Below, piece by piece: positions 55,094 through 64,000 of a stretch of 64,000 nt of DNA; within the stretch, counting starts at the first letter, position 1; every line of letters begins with the position of its first letter. This DNA is from Cyanophora paradoxa CCMP329 (Eukaryota; Plantae; Glaucophyta). Both the position numbers and the translations under genes were made by a program. The DNA is taken from positions 127,694 to 191,693 of the forward strand of contig QPMI01000043.1 of the NCBI GenBank assembly GCA_004431415.1, in the 5' to 3' direction. Below the pieces are notes generated by a model that ran no database searches, was not told the origin of the DNA, and worked only from the letters and a program-made list of their open reading frames with translations.

Positions 55094-56097
55094 TTATGCG
55101 AAGCTTGTAATAACTGGATAGGAAGGGTGAAGCTGCGACATTCTCATCTTAAAGTATTCATAAACTGGGTCTCCTGCTGGCTCATCACCATAGCGAATTT
55201 CAAAGGTCAGATGAACAGGTTGACCCTCAAAATCAATTGGTTCATTTACAGCATTAACAATATCAACCGAGAAAGTGGATAATCCAACCTTTTTGTTATA
55301 GTATTTATAAAGTGGATGAGCCTCTGTTGAATTGTAAACAACATGCTCACCATAATCTTTGTCAGGAACCACTATTTTATGAAAGTAACCAGTCAGAAGA
55401 CCATCCCCACATTGAACCAGATCACCAGCTCCTTTACTCTCACAAACAAAACACTGTCCCTGGTCTTCTCAGGCTCAAAAGAAGATATAATGCCATTCAC
55501 TCGACCATCAGTAAAGATTCCATCAGTGAGAGCATCATAAACTTGGGATTTGATTGGGGAATTCCATATCTTCCAGGATCAAGACCAAGCAGTCTAGCTG
55601 AACTCAATAGCTTTTGGATTGTTTGTTGGCTTGGGTTTACAGCAAGTGAGAAAGCCAGGTAAAAAGGCACTGCCGAGTGGAATATAATTCGTTTCAGTGA
55701 CTCATCCCATTTGCAGCGAATGGATGGTTGGGGAGTTCTGCCAATGAATTTTGAGTTGATTACATTCACCAGCTGTTGGTGGCTTTGGATGGGGTCTCGC
55801 GATTTACCATGAATTGTTTCCATTGTTCAAAATCAGCAGCTGGCGAGTTGTTGGAATTCCTGAGCTTCCAGCTCCTGGAGTTTGTTCGAATAATAAATAC
55901 TAAATGTGTTATCAACTGTGACATCTCCTGCTTTGGTTTCACCACTCACCATAGGATGCTGTTATAAAATTCGGCTGAGACCAGTCTCACAGCCCTCACA
56001 TTCTCATAACTACTGGGAGTCGAGCCACAAAGCTTGATGTGGGACCATCACCAGAGATTGTATTAAATGAGCTAACCTCGATGTAATCCACAGGCAT
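55094..56097 (-). CDS. Penton-like paralog 1 (multiple frameshifts)
   Basis: Colinear with 22045-23055. Confidence 0.7.
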
Positions 56098-56126
56098 TCT
56101 TCTTTTATCTATATTTATATATTAAA

Positions 56127-57055
56127 ATGAACCGGCTCGTTAATATTGATAGCAGGGATAGAAGCCAAGGACAAAATGAAAACTCTTACAGGGTCACCCT
56201 CACAACTCCAGTAGAGAGACCAAGGGAATGCAGGGTTCTATATGCAGAGATTCCAAACAGCATCTATAACAGTGTGGGAACTGATCATCTAACAGTTCAG
56301 TTTAATTACCAAGATGGTTCATATAACCAAGTGATCACACAACAAGTGTATCCCTTCCCAGTGGCTACATCAATCAGGGTCATTTTGGGGTAACACACCC
56401 TTATAATTATGGGCTGAACTATTCAAGCTTCCAAACCATTGCAGGCAAAACAGTAGCTTTGAGTTCAAGATATTCTATAACCCAACTACCTATAAAGTGG
56501 AGTTTTAACAGTAACCATGAGTTTCGTTTTATTGCAAGCAACCAGAGAATAGGGAAGCTTTTGGGTGTGAGTTCTACTGAATACACCAATGGGTATTATA
56601 GCACTCCTCCTGTTGGTGGATCACCCTATCGACCTGAGAACCTGTTAAAGTATGATGGAAACCTATTACACCTGATCACCCAGCATGGGGAACCACCTTT
56701 TCAGGACCCAGACTCTCATCTAAGCCCTTGCAATATTATTTTGACAGCAGAAAGATGTCTGATATGAATTGCTGAGCAGTATCTATACATGCACATTAAA
56801 GAGCTTGCCCCTTTTGCCAGCAGACACAATATAATTCCGAAATCGCAACCACATAACCAGGGGCAATCCTTAGATTGCAATTGAGTAAGGATATAGGTGG
56901 CTATGTTTTACCATAGTGGTGAACATGCAGAATTCATCAGATAAATGACAGAAACCTGGTGATAAGGAACTCACAGTTGAGTTTAAAGATTACTTGGTGA
57001 ACTGATTGATATGAATGGAATCGATAATTCTTTTCAGTTGGAGTTTATCGAATAA
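56127..57055 (+). CDS. Penton-like paralog 2 (multiple frameshifts)
   Basis: Colinear with 23085-24017. Confidence 0.7.
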
Positions 57056-58575
57056 AGGCACCTGTAAAGTTCAACTCTCATTGTGGGAGCATTCACATAC
57101 ACAAGGGGATAAATGCGAATATATTTAATTCTGAAGAAAAACCTATGTAAAAGCATCCTTGATGCTGAGAGGAAATCCACTCAATAGAGCCACATCACCT
57201 GAGTTGTGAGCATTGTTAATTTCTCACAGACATATATTTTGTTTTGCCCATCTGATCGAATAAAAGACCAGTTGATCCATCAGTGGATGTTGCCACATTG
57301 AAAGTCTTAATAAAAGCATTGGTGTCCCCTGATCCATAGGCAATCACAGAAGAGAGTTCAAAAGTATATGGAAAAGCAATTGAAGGTATTCAGTGGGGGT
57401 TTCCCATATCTGCTCAGGAGCATAGCTCCAGCTTCCAGCCAAATGCTGAAGGTCTAGCCATGAAAGGCTCTTTACCAGTCACAAGGATGAGCAGTGAAGG
57501 CATCATCTGAAGCTGATACCAATTAGCATCAAAGTGGTGATGTAGTGAGAGTGGATGAGATGTAAGCCTTTGTAGGGTTCTTTAATTCATAGTTTGCTAC
57601 TAGAATGCTGCAAAGCTTATTAATCATATCATTGTTTGCTGCTATGTATGTTTTCTGTGAAGAAAGATATCTGGATTTTAGAAGTGTCATCCAGGGACTT
57701 ACTATGTGATTCGGAAGAGTACTGATAACCTATAGTACTCCCATAATCCTGATCATAGTTGTAGGGTAACAACTCCTCATCTTATCAAGGCAGAAAGCTC
57801 ACTTGCAGCCATGAGCATGTTAATCAATGGGCTTCCATCTGTTGAGGCAATCCATGAGAGAATGCCCCAGCTGTTGACAGTCTCATAAGCATAACCCACA
57901 TAATCAGGACTCTAAATGTGGGTCCACTCTCCACAAGAGATACTTATTACTATAATGTCATCATCATCACTGTAATCTTCTTTGCATGGCTGTAACCACA
58001 CACACTGGGATTATGTTTCCCGAAATGGCACATCAAATGAGACAGACATATACTCCCCGATTGAAATCAACAATGCTTAAGGTGAAAGTATGTAGGAGCA
58101 GCAGAAGTAGCCCTAGCAGCAATCTTACAGGGCATAAAGTTGTATTGTTATCATTTGTGATAAATATTGGTTTCATATTCTGAGTATCAAAGATGTAATC
58201 ACAATGTCCTTTAGGGAATCCTGTATTAGTGATTCCCCAGTAACTGAATTGATTGCCAGTCTCCAAGGGTCCCCAATCATACTTTGTGTTAAATAGGGCA
58301 TTTTCAATGATATTTCGAGGATTTGCGAAAATCAAGCAGTTGAGTTAGGTAAATATTGTGTAAATCGTTTTGCTGTCAGTTTAGGTTCACCTGGTCTATC
58401 AGGATGCCTTATATTCAAACCTATTGCAATGATCCACCAGTGGAAGTTCCACTCACAAGATCCACAAGATCGATTATTCTCCTGCCAGTTCGATTTTCGA
58501 TTTCTTTTAGCAGCCTGGTTATGATAATGCCCCTTGCACCCCCGCCAGAAAGACTTAAAACGACCTGAGAGGCAT
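57045..58575 (-). CDS. Patatin-discoidin lipase (many frameshifts)
   Basis: Colinear with 24007-25562. Confidence 0.75.
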
Positions 58576-58617
58576 CTTTTACTTATCAGGAATTTTATAA
58601 ATCATATAGTAAAAGCC

Positions 58618-61600
58618 ATGAGCTTCAATTACCCACCAAATCTAGAAACCATTCAAGATGATAATGCAAGCAGCACCAAGCATGTGAACTTTGATAATAT
58701 TAAAGTAAAGGGTTCAGTTCAATTGACACAGCTTGATAATTCATCAAAGACTCAATCAAGGGAGCATGCTTTATCTGTGAATCAACCGATCCAGATAAAG
58801 AGGATGTCAGTGTAGCCTTTAGTTTGGGTAATGTGAAAGCAAACCAAGTGGCAGAGATCAAAGCAACAAGAGGAGACCTAGGAAACTAAAACAGTGGCAC
58901 TCACCCAGATATACCTTCCAGGTTCGATAGTGGTCGATTGATTTTCAATGTTCAAGATGAGCAGGCAAACAGAACACAGCTTTGCGAATTTACAATGAGG
59001 GCAGCACTGCAAAAGCTGAGGTCCCCAAGTATTGCAAGTGGGTCCCATTGCCAACACAAATCAGGTCTCCTACACAAATATGTATACCCAAGGATATTAC
59101 ATATGACTTTGCGAGGAATGAGCCTTTTGGGTTTTTTACTCCAAAAGATGTCCATCAAAAAAAGCATCAATTACAACACAGTAGCCCAGTCAACCGTAGC
59201 AATCCATTTACATCCTGATTTAGTCGAAATGGATAGGCACCTTTTGCCTTTGTATAGCAATGTGAAAGACCTTGGAATTCGAACCAGGCAATGGCGAAAT
59301 ATCCATGGCAGCAATGTGTATGCAAATGGGAGAAACTTGTAGTGAGAAAACTCTAAGGAAATCATTGAGCATTATGGTCCCAATGGACCAACAGTGTCCC
59401 ATTCCCTATTCCATTTCCAAATGGACCCCCGATTTAACACCAAAGAAGCAGCCTGGAAGAGAATACACAGCAACTGAAGATGTAGCCTTTGGGCAGCATA
59501 TTGTTAGTTGGGAGCAAGTTCGCAATAAACCTATAATTGAACCAGAAAGCAAATAGATGAGCAGTATTTACCTCCTGAAGTCGATATATTAGAGCTTGAT
59601 GAATATCAATTCGTTCCAGATGAGGAAGAATATTTACCAGATGGTTTTGACCCACAAGAATATGAATATGATCAGTTTGACCCCAATGAGGAGGAGATAC
59701 TACCAGATGGCTTAGATCCACAAGAGTTTGAGTATGAGCAGAACTATGAACCTGATGAGGAGTATTTGCCAGATGGGCATGATCCACCAGCTGTTGATTA
59801 TGAGCAACCTTATGAACCCCATGAGGAATTGTTACCAGATGGATTTCGACCTGAGATCTGGGAGTTCTTTCCTGATTATGAACAAATTAATAATAAACCT
59901 GCAAAGTATCCCCCAGAGGATCACAATCATGATTGGGATGAGATCTTAGGCAAACCTCAAAAGTATCCACCAGAGGATCACAGGCATGATTGGGGAGAAA
60001 TTGATGGGATACCTACTGAGTTCCCACCAAGCAAACATGAACATACTTGGGATGAGATCAATGACCAACCAGAATTCGCAAAGGTAGAGCCTCTTGATAA
60101 CTTGGGGTTTCTCTTTATAGACTTGTAATGTGAAAGAATCTTTTTGAATGAACACTATGTTCATGTGAATGGGACACTTGCAAATTCAGCTATGAGAGGA
60201 CCACTTCATATTAGGACATTACCAGGCTCTTTGAAACCCACCACCAACCAGGAGCAACCATACCAAATATCTTTGTGTCAAGCTACATGGAGGCTGACAT
60301 TCCCACAGATACATTCAGAGTCCCAACAGACCCAGCAACCTACCAAAATTACAACTCTGCTATACAGGTTCATGTAGCAGATGTAAGCAGCTTAGATGGC
60401 TCAAGACCAATGATAGTTTTCAGTCGAGATAAGTATTCCTACATTCCCATAGTGGGAACTGCAAATGATAATTATGGAAGGGCAGAGCTTGCATGGATTA
60501 AAACAGATTATGGTGGGGTTCTGGAAGCCAATCAAAGAATGGCTGCAAAAAACATACACAATGAGAGCATTTCGAGAGTAGTCACAGAGGATTACTTCAA
60601 GCCCAAAATACATAGATGAAACAGAGCTGAATGTAAGGTATAGGTGTAAAGGCAATTACCTCCTCTCACAGGTGGAATAATTGATGGAACAGTAACAGCA
60701 TGTAACTTCTTTGTCCATACTGAAAGCAATCAAACCTTTCCTGTGGTCATCCAGGAGGTGAGTATGAGATACCTGATGATCCAGCTATTATGCCCATTAA
60801 GATTGATCTCCTTCTGATTATGTAGGAAGGGTGAACTGAAGACCATCTCTTTCACAGGGATTATAATGATCTCATAAATAAACCCACCCATCAATTTAAT
60901 GTTGCATACTCAGGTAGTTTCCTTGATCTTAATAATAGATCACACACCCACACAAAGGCAGAGATCACAGATTTCGCACACACTCACACAAAATCCAGAT
61001 AAGATTTTGACACACCCACACAGAGCAGATATCACGAATTTTGCTACACCCATTTTAAATCTGAGATCTCAGATTTTGCTCACACTCACACAAAGTCACA
61101 GATTACAGATTTTGCACACACTCATGTCAAGTGAGATAACAGATTTTGCACACACTCATGTCAAGAGTGAGATTACAGATTTTGCTCACACTCACACCAA
61201 GGTGAAATTACAGACTTTGCTCATACTCATACAAAATCCAAATTACAGATTTCGCACACACCCACCTTTGGGAGATATAATCGACCTACTAAACCAACAA
61301 CACAAATGTATGTAGGATCAGGTCAGATTGTAGAACCAGCAGGACCTATGTTTGAAGAAACATGGTTCTTCCACAATTCGCAGAATTACTTTGATAAAAC
61401 CTTACTTGTTCGTGGAAATGCATATGCAAGGAATTTCTATGCTATGAACCCCTCAAATAATGCGACCATCAGTCGATGCATTACAGAAGCAGATCTTTCC
61501 AGTCAACTCAATGCATATTTTAATGGAAAATTCAAGCAGGTAAGTATGTTTACACTACTCCTGTTTAAATTACAATAATCTGTATGTGTTCAATCTTACT

Positions 61601-61771
61601 ATCTATTTTACCAATGCCTTTGCTTCTCCTCCTGTTGTTACAGCAACTGTAAGGCATGAAGGACAAGAACCAAATTATCAAGTAACTCCCGTCATTTTTA
61701 CTGTGAACCTGTTGAATGTTTACAGTAACTATTTCACCTGTGAACTTTTCACTGATCCATATGCAAAATAA
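58618..61771 (+). CDS. Fibre protein, shorter allele with a different C-terminus (many frameshifts)
   Basis: Colinear with 25606-27597 up to VTEDY (~60596), then HTH repeats and a FTNAFASPPVVTAT head. Confidence 0.7.
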
Positions 61772-61837
61772 ATTCATCCAAAACTGTAACAATCCATTAC
61801 ATTGCTGTCGCAATTTAACTATTTGATTAATATAAAG

Positions 61838-62880
61838 ATGACCTCTCTATTAGAAATCCCAAACTATGAACTTGCAGCCAAATCACTGCACAGCACCTCT
61901 CATGGAGTAGTTGATTCAACCCCTGGGTATATTTGTACTGAAACTTCAAGTAATACCTCTTTCACAGAGAATAATATACTCAGAGTCAAAGAAATTCGAT
62001 GTGATAGAAATGGAGGCAAGATAAGAACCACAGGAATTATTATCTCGAATAAAAATCAGGTTAAGCAGGTCAAGTAGTCCCAGATTCAGCAATATATGAT
62101 AATGTAGGTGGATTTACCACAGCACAGATAGTTTCTTTTGGTAACACAAGTAATACTTCCGCTCTTGTAGTCAAGAGTGGAGGAGCATACTTTGGAGAGG
62201 CATTAAAGGTGAATGGAACAGTAACAGCATCCATACTAAATGCTGGAAGTGGAATGTTTGAGAGTCCAATAAATTTTGAGGGTGGATATAATGCGAGTAG
62301 TTTTTCAGTTGGTGTTGGTGTCTTTTCCACAATGTTAAACACACCTGAAATTGAATCATCGAATGCACTCAATATCAAGAGAAATGCAGTGGTTACAGCA
62401 ACCATAAACAATGTTTCCCCTTCAATAAATCTAATTAAATATCTGAAAGCTCCTCACCCTCGGTTTTGTATTGTAAATTATTCAACATCAGCAGTTACTG
62501 TGGGAACCACATCAACAGCAAGAAGATTCGCTTTTAACAGAACTCTTGTGGATGCAAGCAATAATATACATTATCCACAGGCACCTTTACAGCACCTGTG
62601 TCCGGAATTTATAGATTCTTCTTCATTGTTCAAATGTCAACAGCTTCATCAACAGGGGAGTGTAGAGTTGCATTAGAAAGAATGATTTGGCTCTTTCCCT
62701 CAATCGGTTCAAGAATTTTCAACTTACAATGGAAGGCGAAGTGTTCATATGGAGGCTTCTTTTGCTGTATATGCGAACGAATTTGTGAATGTTATACAAA
62801 CCTGGACATCGTCCATGCAATATGATGCTACAATACAAGGTATTACCTGTTTTGGGGGGCATCTCATCAGTAGATTATAA
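61838..62880 (+). CDS. Small fibre-like protein with C1q-like head (frameshifted)
   Basis: RVKEIRCDRNGGKIRTT; FTAPVSGIYRF; ends FGGHLISRL. Confidence 0.65.
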
Positions 62881-62901
62881 ACTTTTGTTGGGAATTTATA
62901 G

Positions 62902-63900
62902 ATGGCTACCAAATTGCAGTTCCTGTTTTCTGTTATGCAGCACCTAAATTGCATCAACTGAACCACACAGTTACAGATGCTATTCCCGGGTTTATTTGCA
63001 CAGAAACCACAGGAGCAGATTCATTTACTCAAAATTCAATTATCAGATGCAAGGAAATTCGATGTGATAGAAATGCTGGAAAAAATACGAACCACACAAT
63101 TAATCGTAAGTAATCAGGTTTTACCAGGTGGTGTAGTTGCTGATGCAGCTATTTATGATGATGCAGGTGGGGTGACCACACCACAATTGTTACTTTTGAT
63201 GGGACAGAAAATAATCAGCACTTGTAGTTAAATCAGGTGGAGCATGGATAGGTTCGGGAGCTTTTGTGAATGGAAACTCTCAGCTACAAATGTTTCAATT
63301 TCAGGAACAACAACATTTACAGGTGTTGTGAATGCAATGGTGGTCTTTTTGTTCCTACTTATACAGTCCCTGTGATGACCGCAACCACAAAGATACAAAC
63401 ACCTGAAATAGATACAGGAGCAAATGTAGATCTGATTCTGAAACGAAATAGCACAGAAGTCGCCGAATTGATGCAGGGGGTCTTACAATCGCAGCAAACT
63501 TTTATTTGAAGCAAGAAACCCAACCTCGATTTTGTGTTGGGTTTGGTGTAGCAACAAGAAGTGGAGTATATGGGCGTCTTACTAATTGGTTGCATGAATT
63601 CTTTGATAATACCAACTCATTTGATGTAGTAGAAGGGAATTCACAGCGCCTATAAGTGGAGATTATAGATTCTCTCTTAATTCTATAGTATTGTTACCTA
63701 TCTGTGAGTGTAGATCTGAAAGTAAATGATCAGAATGTTTCAACAGAATTCAATTTCAGGGTAAACACTCACAAACAGTAACCAACAAAACAATCATTTT
63801 TGAGCGCAATACTCAGACTTGGGAGCCGATAATGTATTTATGCTGTTGATACTTCCATTTCAGAATCACACAAGTGGCGAATTGCTGAGCATAATTTAAT
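62902..63900 (+). CDS. Second small fibre-like protein with C1q-like head (frameshifted, end approximate)
   Basis: RCKEIRCDRNAG..IRTTQLIVSN; FTAPISGDYRF at ~63640. Confidence 0.55.
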
Positions 63901-64000
63901 TTCTACAAGTAGTTTAGAAGTCGAATATATACCAAGTAGTTCTGACTGATACCGAAAAGTTGGGAATGGAATATTGCGCTGCTTCTGTTTCAGGACTGGA

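Larger units (their letters stand above)
40486..64000. mobile_element. Second Polinton/Maverick-like virus (element 2), right end outside the window
   Basis: Terminus ACACATA with the same inverted-terminus architecture as element 1; syntenic genes; predicted TSD CGCAAT (40480-40485) cannot be verified here. Confidence 0.92.

Noticed and set aside
54700-64000. Pseudogenisation of the right part of element 2
   Set aside because: Lesions are mostly 1-nt indels that increase toward the window end, typical of unpolished long reads; needs read-level confirmation

Overview
Eukaryotic host DNA (GC-rich, probably a protist; 142-bp satellite, (TA)n, a tRNA-like relic and an intron-containing aminotransferase-like gene) carrying two related, AT-rich, integrated Polinton/Maverick-like (PLV-type) DNA viruses in the same orientation, 4.2 kb apart. 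Element 1 is complete (7374-36288, ~28.9 kb), with 1109-bp TIRs and a 6-bp TSD CATACA. Element 2 starts at 40486 and runs off the window. Both encode an rve integrase, protein-primed PolB, A32-type packaging ATPase, double-jelly-roll MCP, two penton paralogs, a patatin-discoidin lipase and fibre proteins. Most striking: the two sisters carry unrelated primase-helicase cassettes at the same locus. Each helicase gene is followed by its own inverted-iteron palindrome, and a copy of that palindrome sits in the end of the same element. Element 1's TIR is an array of three different iteron cassettes. Other oddities: covarying inverted copies of the 28-bp termini, an apparently exonuclease-dead PolB, extreme CpG loss sparing TCGA, an AdoMetDC gene with an in-frame TGA, and swapped fibre heads. 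Most frameshifts are 1-nt homopolymer deletions and are probably long-read errors. All protein assignments are by-eye motif recognition, not database searches.
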